From the NCBI GenBank assembly GCA_964459095.1, contig CAYWKL010000002.1, forward strand, positions 2,858-66,857: a stretch of DNA of 64,000 bases. Direction: 5' to 3'. The notes under the pieces are model-generated. The model did not search any database and was not told the origin of the DNA. It saw only the letters and a program-made list of their open reading frames with translations. Of this stretch, positions 38,959 to 48,843 are shown piece by piece. How positions within the stretch are numbered: the stretch's first letter is position 1; each line of letters starts with the position of its first letter. The position numbers were made by a program, and so were the translations under genes. This stretch comes from an uncultured Gammaproteobacteria bacterium (lineage in GTDB: Bacteria; Patescibacteriota; Microgenomatia; Daviesbacterales; UBA10151).

Positions 38959-39219
38959 TCAAATAAACTTCAGGTCGGGAAAAGTCTCATCAATTATAAT
39001 TTTAAATTTATGAATTTTATTTTCATATACTACTCTTTCTCCTCTTTCCCATGATTTAACATTTTCAACTATAAGCATATCAACTCTTTCTTTCAGCCTT
39101 TCAACTGCTAGCTTAACTGAATTAATAGCAAAGTACATATCACAATCTTCAAAATGTTTACCATCTATGTGTGGTCTTCCATCAAAACATTCAATTTTAT
39201 TCTTTAATGATTTATTCAT
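38959..39219 (-). CDS. Hypothetical small protein.
   Basis: ORF track. Confidence 0.4.
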   Translation of the reverse strand: MNKSLKNKIECFDGRPHIDGKHFEDCDMYFAINSVKLAVERLKERVDMLIVENVKSWERGERVVYENKIHKFKIIIDETFPDLKFI

Positions 39220-39301
39220 TTTTATCCTCCCACCTCACCAGTTCATCTTCCCCTCATACTTTGTATTGCAGTTCCTGCAGTAATAATTCCCGTTCAGCCC
39301 G

Positions 39302-39520
39302 TCAATCTTGAAGTTGTGTTTCTTGCACTTCTTGCAAGTTCTCTTTGGATAATTTGCCATCCTGCCCCCCTTCAAACATACTTTTCACTTTCACAACTAT
39401 CCCTTTTGCAGACTTCAATGAAGCCTTGTAATATTCATAGGACAGTTTTGGCTCTGTTATAAAAGTTGAAATAACAATCAGCACCAGCACAATCATTAAA
39501 ATGTTTTGGATTAATCCCAT
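39302..39520 (-). CDS. Small single-TM protein.
   Basis: ORF track. Confidence 0.4.
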   Translation of the reverse strand: MGLIQNILMIVLVLIVISTFITEPKLSYEYYKASLKSAKGIVVKVKSMFEGGQDGKLSKENLQEVQETQLQD

Positions 39521-39535
39521 GATTATTCATCCCCC

Positions 39536-39886
39536 TCAATGTATGGCAATCTTAATGCCGTCATATCTCTCTGTTTTTGGCTTTGCTTTGCAATTCAAGG
39601 TTGTGCCATCAAAACTATCAAAATCTTTCTTATATCTTTCTTCGCAGATTGCCTGCCCTAATTTGATGTAGTGTACAGGATTATCATCAAATGTATGACT
39701 TTCTTTTTTATTACCATAGCATTGCCAATCACACCACCCTTTCCCATTATCACAAACTGAACTCACATCGTAATAACCCTGGCTCAAACAATATTGACTC
39801 TTAATATCCTCTCTACCAGGTCTTACTGCACAAGCACTTAGTAGTAACAAACTTAATACCCCCACCAACAATATTATCCTTTTCAC
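39536..39886 (-). CDS. Cys-rich lipoprotein (LLLSAC).
   Basis: ORF track. Confidence 0.5.
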   Translation of the reverse strand: MKRIILLVGVLSLLLLSACAVRPGREDIKSQYCLSQGYYDVSSVCDNGKGWCDWQCYGNKKESHTFDDNPVHYIKLGQAICEERYKKDFDSFDGTTLNCKAKPKTERYDGIKIAIH

Positions 39887-40211
39887 TCTTAGTCACCTCC
39901 AAATTTTTATTTAATCTCCCTGCACTTTTCATCATGGTAATAAGCTTTGTATGCCCTCCCTTCCCATGATTTAAAAATATAGATGCAGGAGCTTTCCTTC
40001 TCTATCCACTGCCCACACCCTATACATTTCTTTGGCTTTGTTATATTGTTTAGACTATACACCTTTTTCATAATTCTCTTACCTCAAAATCCCCCTTGCT
40101 TAAATCCATCTTCTTTCTTATGTCCTTCAGGAAATACTCCTTTTCAATCAAGTCATTGAATTGCATCACCACCAGTCTGCCGTCGTGTATTAATTTCATC
40201 TTTCCCAAAAA

Positions 40212-40457
40212 TTAAATAATATCAATCTGTTCTTTCTTAAACGGAATGACTATAGGCTCCTGCAGTTCTTCCTGTATCGGGGCTACCCAATTCTCACTAA
40301 GCAGCCTTCTGAACCCATCCAGCATCCCGTCGATATCACTCAGCAGGATGTCAATGCCGGATATATCCTTGGATTTTCTTAAAGCATACTCCATTATCCT
40401 GGCCTCTTTCAGGCTCAATCCCACATTCAAATTTACACTGCCATTTTCTATTTCCAT
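40212..40457 (-). CDS. Hypothetical small protein.
   Basis: ORF track. Confidence 0.4.
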   Translation of the reverse strand: MEIENGSVNLNVGLSLKEARIMEYALRKSKDISGIDILLSDIDGMLDGFRRLLSENWVAPIQEELQEPIVIPFKKEQIDII

Positions 40458-40493
40458 TTTCCTACCTCCTTATCCATACACATCTTCTAGATA

Positions 40494-40712
40494 TTATCTC
40501 TCCCACTGCCCCTTGGCAGGTTCTCCTACTACTTTATTATTATTTATCCAAATCTTATAGTTTGTACCCATATAATACATAATAACAAATAGAAGTACTA
40601 TTGATATAAGGGATTCCACCAAATCATACCAATTGCCGGTAACCCCAATATACAGCAACACGAGACTACCAACTACCCACACAATATTTATCTGCTGGAT
40701 TTTGTTTATCAT
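40494..40712 (-). CDS. Small two-TM protein.
   Basis: ORF track. Confidence 0.4.
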   Translation of the reverse strand: MINKIQQINIVWVVGSLVLLYIGVTGNWYDLVESLISIVLLFVIMYYMGTNYKIWINNNKVVGEPAKGQWER

Positions 40713-40894
40713 CTTTCCCTCCTCTTATAATTTGCTGGAGGAACATTAAGGTTCACCCAGTATCCTTTCTTCTTAAGCATCTCAACGCAATCCTCTGTAG
40801 TCAGTTCTTTGTTCTTCCTAAAACCACCATACCATCTATCAACATATGCCCCAGCCAAAAATCCAATTCCCAATCCTGCAATAAACCAAGTCAC
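40709..40894 (-). CDS. Small single-TM protein.
   Basis: ORF track. Confidence 0.4.
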   Translation of the reverse strand: MTWFIAGLGIGFLAGAYVDRWYGGFRKNKELTTEDCVEMLKKKGYWVNLNVPPANYKRRER

Positions 40895-41363
40895 ATCAAA
40901 TCACCTCATAAAAGACATAACTATAGTTACTAATAAAAACAAACAGATATCTCTCCACAACAAAGTTAGCGGTTTAACTATAAGATACCCATTCCGATAA
41001 TGCCAATTCCAATCCATTTTTATACACCTTCACTCTCTTTTACATTTTCTTTTGGCTGTTCCAAACCAACAATTCCCAAATCAAATGGCCTTGCCAACCT
41101 GTTAAGGATTGATTTTGCGCTTGCTTCACTGCTCACCCTGATACTCTCAATTACCTTCCCAGTGTCAAAACCTCCTCCTGAATCACTTCCAACAAATACT
41201 TTCATCTCAGCTTGTTCCAATGCCCTTGCAGAGGCAACTCCAATCGCTTGCTGCATTTCAACAACTTTTTCCGCAACCAATGCCCTTATTGCCTTATCCT
41301 CAAACTTGTTTAATGCTTGCTGCAGTTTTTCCTTTGCATCCGCTTCTGCAAATCCCCTTTCCC

Positions 41364-42367
41364 TTAATGGTGAAGCATCTCCTTTGCTTTTTCTTCTGCC
41401 CTCAACCTGTCGCCTTCGCCTTCAAGCCGTTTTTGTGTTTTATTAATTTCTTCCACATCCATCCTTAAGTTTGCTTCAACAATTGACCTCTCCTTTTCTA
41501 TCTCTTGAGTTTTAACTTGCTGAACTCTAAACACCTCTAATTCTTTCTCTCTTGCCTCTTTCTGTTTTTCAGCAACTTTCATATTCTTCTCTTGTTCCCG
41601 TTTTGCAACTTCTTCATCTCGCATTATCTCCCTTTTTTTAGCCTCTTCGTCTGCTTCCGCTTCTTTGAATCTTGCAATCTTTGCCTGCTCAGCATTTTTC
41701 TGCCTTGCTTCGGAATTTATCTGCCTTTCTATTATAGATGAAATATCATGGATAACTCTTGAGTCAACCCCAAAAGAGGGGTCAGGGTCTTTAAAATCAA
41801 TTAATTCAAGACTCTTTAATTCAAGCCCCCAATTGGATATAGTCTCACTCAATATGGGATTGATTGCTTCAATTATATCCTGCCTATTATTAATTACTTC
41901 CCTTATTGCTTTCTTGGTGGTAACATCTCTCGTCGTAGACTGCACTATAACTGAAATCTGCTCATTTAATACCCTCAAATCCCCGCCAAACCTTTTTGCA
42001 GCTTCTATTGGGTCCTTGACTACTACATAAGTTATTATATCACAAACAAACCTAGCCCTATCCTTATCAAATGCCAGGAAGTTTGGAACATTAACGGGGA
42101 TAATGTTTAGTGGTATCCTATGGACCTGCATACCTAACTTAAGCATAAAAAACCAGCTTGGTATCTGAAAATAGGCGCTCTTGCCATCCGCACTATACTG
42201 CTTATGCGGCGAATATACCCTTCCTTTTCAATATAAACATCATTCCCATTGTCTATATCCTTGTAAGCACGCTCCATATCCTCTAACGTCTTAAACACAA
42301 TCTTATCCCCCTGGGTCCTTGAACCCAACGAAAAATCTTCAACTTTGTATGTTTCCATTTCATTCAC
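41364..42367 (-). pseudogene. Second SPFH/band-7 (flotillin-like, long C-terminal Glu/Lys/Ala coiled coil) gene, split into two frames. ORF 42134..42367 carries the domain start (DVYIEKEGYIRRISSIVRMARAP) and ORF 41364..42146 carries the rest. The two frames join at a T6A run (42146-42152). This is either a frameshifted pseudogene, a homopolymer sequencing error, or a programmed -1 frameshift.
   Basis: The upstream-ORF C-terminus aligns with the SPFH N-terminal strand of the intact paralog at 14443..15273 (IERGLIERLG ~ IEKEGYIRRI). Adding one T, or a -1 slip on T_TTT_TTA, fuses the frames into ...QAGFFMLKLGMQVHRIPL.... Confidence 0.55.
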
Positions 42368-42549
42368 CTCTCATAATAAAATGAATCCGTGGATGGTTCT
42401 GTATTTGTATCACTCTTCTGTTTTAGTTTCTTCTCCAACACGCTTAACATTTTATCAAATATAGTCTTGAAGGTTTCATCCAATCTATCCACCCTATACT
42501 CCAATTTTACAATTCTTTCTCTTAATTCAGTAAGTTCATCCATCTTCAA
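42364..42549 (-). CDS. Small coiled-coil protein.
   Basis: ORF track. Confidence 0.4.
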   Translation of the reverse strand: MKMDELTELRERIVKLEYRVDRLDETFKTIFDKMLSVLEKKLKQKSDTNTEPSTDSFYYER

Positions 42550-42724
42550 TCACCTCTACCTTTATCCCACCCTCTGCGCTTGCACGCAGGGCATTCTTTT
42601 GATTTGTGCTCCACTCTTGGTATCCATTCATGCCCGCACTTCCTGCATTTGTTCTTCTTCATCGACATCACCTTTGATTATGATAATCATAGCAAATATA
42701 AATAGTTTTGCTTTCCTGACAATT

Positions 42725-43210
42725 TTACGGACAATTTTTGTCCGAATTTTCTGACAATTTTTTCCTCATATCAAAAATTCTTGGGAAGAGCTTATGTTGA
42801 AAATTTTTTCTATTTTCATTAGGAGTAACAATCTCGAGGTTAACCTTCCGATTATCTAATGTATCATGATTTATATGATTTACAACCAACCCTTTAGGAG
42901 GTTTTATTATTAGACGATGCATTCTTTCTGTCTTTCCATCAATAACCGTCCTAGCATAACCTCCAGCATTACTCCATTTATACTTTTGAATCTTCTCTAT
43001 ATCCTCAACATCTATCTTTGTAACACCCACAATCTTTTGCTTGTTATCCCTTAAATAAATTTCAGCAAACTCATCATAAACATAAATATCATTTGGTGTC
43101 CAAGTATTCCTCTTTTCTTCCATACTCCAAATAATATCTAACTTATTTACATAGTTTACTATTTTGACATTCTCAGTAACAATTTTACTTGATTGAGAAT
43201 ATATCCACAT
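42725..43210 (-). CDS. HNH_3-family homing endonuclease (KYKWSNAGGYARTVIDGKTERMHRLII...VVNHINHDTLDNRKVNLEIVT).
   Basis: Strong family signature. Confidence 0.8.
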   Translation of the reverse strand: MWIYSQSSKIVTENVKIVNYVNKLDIIWSMEEKRNTWTPNDIYVYDEFAEIYLRDNKQKIVGVTKIDVEDIEKIQKYKWSNAGGYARTVIDGKTERMHRLIIKPPKGLVVNHINHDTLDNRKVNLEIVTPNENRKNFQHKLFPRIFDMRKKLSENSDKNCP

Positions 43211-43805
43211 TCTTTACTTTGGTATCCACTTCTTTGATGTACTCCATTTCAATAGATTTCTCATAATCGGGATTTATTATAAGCAGTTCATTGCGCGGCA
43301 CATCTATACTATTAATGCTTTTGTATCTCCCTTTGTAATTTAAAACAATCTCTTTCAGCTGCGAACCATTGACAAGATTGTTAACATTGATTGATTTTAT
43401 TACCCACCGCTCTATTTTGCCGCAGATGGTGCTATTGAACTCCCTTAGTGAGGGGCTGCTCAAAATAACCCAATTATTATTATGATAAACAAAATCAACA
43501 AATAGGTTTAGCTGTTCTGTATACCGGCGATTGTTTAAATTTAATTTAGATATTTCATCCAGCACAATCAGGCAATTCTTCTTGGTGGCAAGCTGCTCCA
43601 GAGAACTCACCTCATAAATTTCCTTAAAATTCTTGTTAAGCCATTCAAGGACAGGCTCCTCAAGGCCATACACATAGATGCGGACATCCTTCTTATGCTG
43701 CCTGAAATCCTTGATTAATGCTATCAAATTGTTTGTCTTTCCGCTATCCTTCTCGCCTGCCAATCCTACAATCCTACAATTTCCAAATACCTCTTTCAAT
43801 TTCAT
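43185..43805 (-). CDS. Small P-loop NTPase (Walker A GLAGEKDSGKT, Walker B LIVLDE). A packaging or partition-type ATPase is possible.
   Basis: Motifs. Confidence 0.55.
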   Translation of the reverse strand: MKLKEVFGNCRIVGLAGEKDSGKTNNLIALIKDFRQHKKDVRIYVYGLEEPVLEWLNKNFKEIYEVSSLEQLATKKNCLIVLDEISKLNLNNRRYTEQLNLFVDFVYHNNNWVILSSPSLREFNSTICGKIERWVIKSINVNNLVNGSQLKEIVLNYKGRYKSINSIDVPRNELLIINPDYEKSIEMEYIKEVDTKVKNVDIFSIK

Positions 43806-44037
43806 ACTCTTACCTCCTTAAGCTTAACATATTAATAGATTACTTACTTTTATGAGAGCGTTGTCGATGTGATTCATCTGCTTGTATATTTGTTATAAAA
43901 TATAATATCAAAAATCCATAAGTCAATGCAAAAAATAAAACAAACAAAAATTTATGGACAAAAAAACATTATATTAGTTCCTAAACTAAACATCATAATA
44001 TACTCCTTTTGTCCATCTGTTAAATATATGTTTTTAT

Positions 44038-44286
44038 TCATAATCGTTGTTTGGCGGATACCCTAGATTTTAGTCGAGTGGAGGAAACTAAACTTGAATT
44101 TACTTTGTCGCCTTTGAAGCAACCTTTAGGACAATACCTTACTGCTTCTTTATGGTTAAACTCAGTAGGGGTTTTGCAATATTTGCATTCCCTTACCCTT
44201 CCAAAAAAACCATCCATAGCACATTCTAAATTATATTCAATATCTCTTGCTCTTTTCCTTCTTAGTTTTTCTTTCTTGCTAATCAT
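44038..44286 (-). CDS. Basic Zn-ribbon protein.
   Basis: ORF track. Confidence 0.45.
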   Translation of the reverse strand: MISKKEKLRRKRARDIEYNLECAMDGFFGRVRECKYCKTPTEFNHKEAVRYCPKGCFKGDKVNSSLVSSTRLKSRVSAKQRL

Positions 44287-44343
44287 TGGAAACCTCCGAA
44301 TTTATTCGGATGGGAATTCTATTGAACATAATTGTATATAATT

Positions 44344-44637
44344 TCACGAAGGTTTGCCCGAACCTTTACCCATACACATAGCACAATAAACCCTCATACC
44401 TTTTATTATTCGTTCACCTTTACCTTTACATCGAGGGCAAACTTTGGGCGAATCGGAATGAGCTGTAAAATTATTATTCGGCGACTGAGGCGTAGCCGAA
44501 GCTTGAGGTTTTGAGAGAAAATCTTTTAATGACATCAGCCAATTATCTACATGGTCATAACTTAATCTATTCTCTTTTTCAAGCATTTCATATCTTTTAA
44601 ATGCGTCTTTTTCTTTGAAATATTTATTCCAATTCAT
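44344..44637 (-). CDS. Small protein with an NNNFTAHSDSPKVC core and DnaJ-like CxxCxGxG fingers. Paralog of 35746..36015.
   Basis: Shared 41-nt nucleotide core (44437-44477 vs 35849-35889). Confidence 0.5.
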   Translation of the reverse strand: MNWNKYFKEKDAFKRYEMLEKENRLSYDHVDNWLMSLKDFLSKPQASATPQSPNNNFTAHSDSPKVCPRCKGKGERIIKGMRVYCAMCMGKGSGKPS

Positions 44638-44662
44638 TTTCTCTCAAAACTTTTGCCTAATG

Positions 44663-44731
44663 TCAGGGTTTTACGAAGCCCTGAGCGTAGCGAAGGGTTT
44701 GGGAAAATCTGCGGATTTTCCGTAAAACCCT
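44663..44731 (-). other. GC-rich structured intergenic element made of two adjacent hairpins (tcaggg/ccctga, and a nested agggttt+ggaaaatc / gattttcc+aaaccct stem with tgcg loop). It lies between the stop of 44730..45173 and the start of 44344..44637. Terminator/attenuator or small RNA candidate.
   Basis: Perfect 6-, 7- and 8-bp complementary arms seen directly. Its GC content stands out against the surroundings. Confidence 0.4.
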
Positions 44732-45173
44732 AATCAAGCGACACCAAGTTATAGCGGTAGGTAGTGGAAACCGCCGAGCTTTGTATTTTTTCTAATTCAT
44801 CTAATTTATCCATAAGCAATAATATTGGAAATTTTCCTTTAACTTTAAAATTACAATTTAAGCCATCAATATTTTTAAGATTAAATAACTTAGGATACCA
44901 TTCTGAATTATATTTAGTAAAATTATAGGTATATTCTGTTTTCTCCTTATATTTCTCATTTACAAAATTAGCTTGGAAATCAACCCCAATAAAACCTGTG
45001 TTACAACTTCCTTCAAGTTCATAATCTGATAGTACCCCTTTCAATTTGAGTAATTCAGTTTTTGCATCCATTTCTTTTATTTTTAAAAATCCTAAAATAA
45101 TTATTGAACTAACTACCAAAATAGTGATTCCACACACAATAGATATACTCAAATAATTATTCTCTTTTTGCAT
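44730..45173 (-). CDS. Single-TM N-terminally anchored protein. The gene is bracketed by a perfect 13-bp inverted repeat (44768-44780 / 45194-45206).
   Basis: ORF track. Inverted repeat verified on the sequence. Confidence 0.5.
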   Translation of the reverse strand: MQKENNYLSISIVCGITILVVSSIIILGFLKIKEMDAKTELLKLKGVLSDYELEGSCNTGFIGVDFQANFVNEKYKEKTEYTYNFTKYNSEWYPKLFNLKNIDGLNCNFKVKGKFPILLLMDKLDELEKIQSSAVSTTYRYNLVSLD

Positions 45174-45692
45174 TTTTTTCCTCCTTTTTCGTTAGCTCGG
45201 CGGTTTATGTTTTAATATCGCTTAATGTTCCCGATTTCAAGAATGTTTTAATTTAGGCGAAGCCGTCTTGAAATCGGAATTATGCGATAGTAAACCCAAA
45301 ACCATCTATCTTAATTTTTTTATAACTTCATCTTTTCCAACTCTGAAATAATCATATCCTAAAAACTTTACATAATATCCTTCTTTATCTTCTTTTTTTA
45401 CTTTTCTTATTGCAGTAAATTGCCCATAATTTGTTGATACATGGAATTTTATCTTCATTTTTTATCATCTCCGTTTTGGGTTTATTTTGCATAAGTTCCA
45501 GTATAACGCAACTCTATTCTAAATATTTATATTGATTTTTGATATGAACCTATCCATCCATATCCTTATCAGCTTACTCCTGTCATAGCCTCTTGTATCG
45601 CATATCTTCCCAAACTTCTCCCATTGCTGCGGGTAAACTGTGATTGTTCTTGATTTAAGCTTTTCCATAGTAATTAGGTATTACACTATTAT

Positions 45693-46922
45693 TTATATAG
45701 TTTTCGGTTTAATCCTTCTGTTACCCTCAATTCCTTTCTCTTCAAGTATCATAAACTTGCTTATCTCTCTGTTCAACCCAACATTGAGCATAGTCTTAAA
45801 AATCTGCTCAGGGCTGATTCCCATCGCCTCTCCCATCCTCCTGACTTGATTACCTTCTTCCGTGAGTTCAAGTATTATCTCCCCATCTTTCTCGATAACA
45901 TTCTTCACAAGATTTAGGCCGCCATCTGCTCTCTTCTTCCTGCCTAGCTCGTCATAAATCTTTAAGGGGTTGCCATCTTCAATCTCCAGTCTGCCTTTCT
46001 CAGTAAGCCTTATGCCTATCCTTTCCTTCTCAATATCATCTAAAGTCTTCCATTCATCAGCAGTATACTCCTTCCCATCCATAAATTCTATCCAGCCTTT
46101 CTTGATAGCTTCATAAATTCCGCCCATGACCATGCTTGAGATTGCTTTGTCAAGTGAAATATTCTCCTTATCTAACGATTTGTTTAGCTCATCCAAATAA
46201 TTAGTTACCCTCTCTTTGCCTTTTCCGTCGCTGTCATTAACCCTGAACTTTCCGTCTTTCTCCTCTATAAACCCCTTGGCTATCTGCTTATCCAAACTTT
46301 TATTTATCTCTTTCAGCGAGATGCCAAGCTGCTCAGCCAGCTCTTCCCTTGTGGTCCATTCAGTCATTCCTTTAATCAAATCCATGCTGGGTTTATTATT
46401 ATTATCAAAATGTTTTAAGTAATCCTCAACTCTTAGGAATCTCATTGACTCCTTTGACTTGAACTTTCCATTGTCCTCTTCCATCAGCCCATCATTTACA
46501 AGCTCAGAAACATGCTCATCAATCTTCTTTAAGGGCATCTTCATCATCTCAGCCACTTCTTTCTTTGTTACCCACCTGTCAAAGTGCAGAAATATATTTC
46601 TTTTGTTGTCATCCATGCCCAATACTCTCCTGCCCTTGTCAGTAATATTAAACCTGACTTTATTCTTAGAGGATGCAGGCAAAGAATCATATTCTTGTGC
46701 AGTCAGATTATCACCATTCAGATTAGGAGTGATAAACCCCCAATGTAAAGATGCTTTTATATTTTCATCAACCTCATCATCAGGTGTTGCGCCTTCAGGA
46801 TAAAAAATTACCCTATCCTTTACCCCTTTAGGCAGCCTTCTCAGTTCTTGTGTTGTCAATATCCGGTCTCCCAACTTTGCAATGATTCCTTTATCTTCGA
46901 CTATTGGTTTCATCTTTCTCAA
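45693..46922 (-). CDS. Protein with multiple tandem winged-helix-like DNA-binding repeats (LxxIxExxxELxxxGLIEExDGKF pattern repeated at least 4 times).
   Basis: Internal repeats seen. No ATPase motifs. Confidence 0.45.
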   Translation of the reverse strand: MRKMKPIVEDKGIIAKLGDRILTTQELRRLPKGVKDRVIFYPEGATPDDEVDENIKASLHWGFITPNLNGDNLTAQEYDSLPASSKNKVRFNITDKGRRVLGMDDNKRNIFLHFDRWVTKKEVAEMMKMPLKKIDEHVSELVNDGLMEEDNGKFKSKESMRFLRVEDYLKHFDNNNKPSMDLIKGMTEWTTREELAEQLGISLKEINKSLDKQIAKGFIEEKDGKFRVNDSDGKGKERVTNYLDELNKSLDKENISLDKAISSMVMGGIYEAIKKGWIEFMDGKEYTADEWKTLDDIEKERIGIRLTEKGRLEIEDGNPLKIYDELGRKKRADGGLNLVKNVIEKDGEIILELTEEGNQVRRMGEAMGISPEQIFKTMLNVGLNREISKFMILEEKGIEGNRRIKPKTI

Positions 46923-47214
46923 CCAATTCCTTTAAACCTATAACTATCCTTCTAGTTTTCTCAATTTCTTTGATAAGCATATTCACCCTCCCTACTATTG
47001 ATTCAAGAGTCTTCTCAACATTTATCCTCTTATAAGGGATTGCAACTTCCTGATACCCAACCTCTTTAGCAGTCTTCTCGCTCCCAACCCACCTAAACTT
47101 ATCAGTTATCCATCCATTCTTTAGAGCGGCTAATGTATGGTCGTCACTCAATAATCTTTTCTCACCTTTCTTCCCATAATTCAAATTATTTCCCGTGCAA
47201 TTTACTTCAAACAT
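46891..47214 (-). CDS. Hypothetical protein.
   Basis: ORF track. Confidence 0.4.
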   Translation of the reverse strand: MFEVNCTGNNLNYGKKGEKRLLSDDHTLAALKNGWITDKFRWVGSEKTAKEVGYQEVAIPYKRINVEKTLESIVGRVNMLIKEIEKTRRIVIGLKELVEKDETNSRR

Positions 47215-48268
47215 TTTCCCTATACCTCACTGCGTCTTTCTCGCGCTTCTTATCCATTATCTGATGCAACGGCTTCTTCAAAGGCTCAATGTCGTCATAA
47301 AATATATTTTCTTTCTTAAGCTGAACTATCCTCTCATCCTCCTTATCATCAGTCACTCTGTATACCCTCTTAACCAAAATGCCTTCACCCTTGATGAAAG
47401 GTTCAATCTTTATCCATTGCCCCTTCTTGCTCTTGTACCTGTCACTTGCCAGATACCTCATATGACCCCTCACATAAAATGAGTAATTATAATGCCTTCC
47501 GCTTAACCCTCCGCCTAAACTATCAATATACCTTTTCAAAGTTCCTGTCAGTTTTATGACATTTGAATCCGGCAGTGCCATCTTGCCTTCCTTGATTCTT
47601 CGTTGGATGTTCTTCTCCTCCCTCTTCCTTTCCACTATCTGAATTTCCCTATCGTTGATAAACACCAGCAAATTCATTATAAACTCTTTCAGAAATCTTA
47701 ATGTAACCTTATCATCATAAAAAATAGGAACATTTGTCCTGTCAATTATTATCTTGAACTCATCTATAAATAATTTGTCTCCATCCTGGCAGAGATAATG
47801 CACCCTGTAGCCCATACCTATCTTCTCAAATCTTATCCCTTTTGAATCCTCCTTGTTTACTATCACCGGGGTTTCTGTAATCATTATCCCTATTATCTTG
47901 TCAACCCCAATCTCGCAATCCTCACCGTTTATCTCAGTGTCCAGGAAAATTGCCTTGAATGGCAGCGTGACATTCCTGTAAAACTCCTTCGTCTGCGGCG
48001 GCTTGTTTAATATCAAATACCTCTTTATGATTGTGTCAATTTCAAACACGTGCGCCATCTCCAGCGCCATATCAATATTGCCAAACATCTCTTTTGATTT
48101 CTTGTGCTCGTATTGTTTAATCTTATCCTCCGTGTCAAGGCCAATCATCTTGTAATGCTTTAGCCTTATCTTATTCATCACGTGGATGTCCAAGGAATTC
48201 AATCCCGTTTCCTCAAAAGTCTTCTTTATGTCATTGTAAACATTCACAAACATCTGGTAGTTAATCAT
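47207..48268 (-). CDS. Possible archaeo-eukaryotic primase (AEP) superfamily protein: FLDTE (motif I-like), GMGYRVHY (motif II-like sGxGYHxH), IDEFKIIIDRTN (motif III-like).
   Basis: Motif order and spacing only. Tentative. Confidence 0.35.
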   Translation of the reverse strand: MINYQMFVNVYNDIKKTFEETGLNSLDIHVMNKIRLKHYKMIGLDTEDKIKQYEHKKSKEMFGNIDMALEMAHVFEIDTIIKRYLILNKPPQTKEFYRNVTLPFKAIFLDTEINGEDCEIGVDKIIGIMITETPVIVNKEDSKGIRFEKIGMGYRVHYLCQDGDKLFIDEFKIIIDRTNVPIFYDDKVTLRFLKEFIMNLLVFINDREIQIVERKREEKNIQRRIKEGKMALPDSNVIKLTGTLKRYIDSLGGGLSGRHYNYSFYVRGHMRYLASDRYKSKKGQWIKIEPFIKGEGILVKRVYRVTDDKEDERIVQLKKENIFYDDIEPLKKPLHQIMDKKREKDAVRYRENV

Positions 48269-48292
48269 CTTCCCATCCCCTTTCCTTTCCCA

Positions 48293-48499
48293 TCACATAA
48301 CATAGGTGGATATCCCCCCTTCATTATTCTTACAATAACAAGTATGCACTGTTCCAACATACCCACTATCAAAATTTCCATAATATGATAGTTCATTACT
48401 TTTACATATCTCCTGGCAGGTTAATTTATAATTATCACCCACCCCACATGCATTTAACAATACTAACATCAGCAAAACTAATATTATTATTTTTTTCAT
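48293..48499 (-). CDS. Small Cys-rich lipoprotein (LLNACG).
   Basis: ORF track. Confidence 0.45.
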   Translation of the reverse strand: MKKIIILVLLMLVLLNACGVGDNYKLTCQEICKSNELSYYGNFDSGYVGTVHTCYCKNNEGGISTYVM

Positions 48500-48525
48500 C
48501 TTTCCTCCTTAATTTTCATCCTTCA

Positions 48526-48774
48526 TCACTTCAACAACCCAAACAAAAGCAAAATGTTTATAATAATCATTGCAATCAGTATGCCTAAAAGGAAAGCAGA
48601 GCATATCCATAAAATAAAAACTTCTTTGAACTCCTTCAGGTTTTCAGGCACACCTTTCCAAATTTCCCACAATGGTTTATTTATCATCTCACCCCCCTTG
48701 AGTACACCACAAAATGAATTAAGTAAACAAATATAACCAAAACAATAGTCAGTATAACCATAGATTTCAACCAA
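48526..48774 (-). CDS. Small two-TM protein.
   Basis: ORF track. Confidence 0.4.
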   Translation of the reverse strand: MVEIYGYTDYCFGYICLLNSFCGVLKGGEMINKPLWEIWKGVPENLKEFKEVFILWICSAFLLGILIAMIIINILLLFGLLK

Positions 48775-48843
48775 AGCAAAGGATGTTTAACCATCTCAAG
48801 GGGGTTGTCCAAATAGGTTAAATAGCTATCATAATCCAACTTT

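Noticed and set aside
40809-42030. Plus-strand ORFs 40809..41000, 41000..41446, 41220..41468 and 41665..42030.
   Set aside because: They are antisense to the SPFH gene and its neighbours and are low-complexity or Ala/Ser-rich mirror translations of the Glu/Lys coiled coil.
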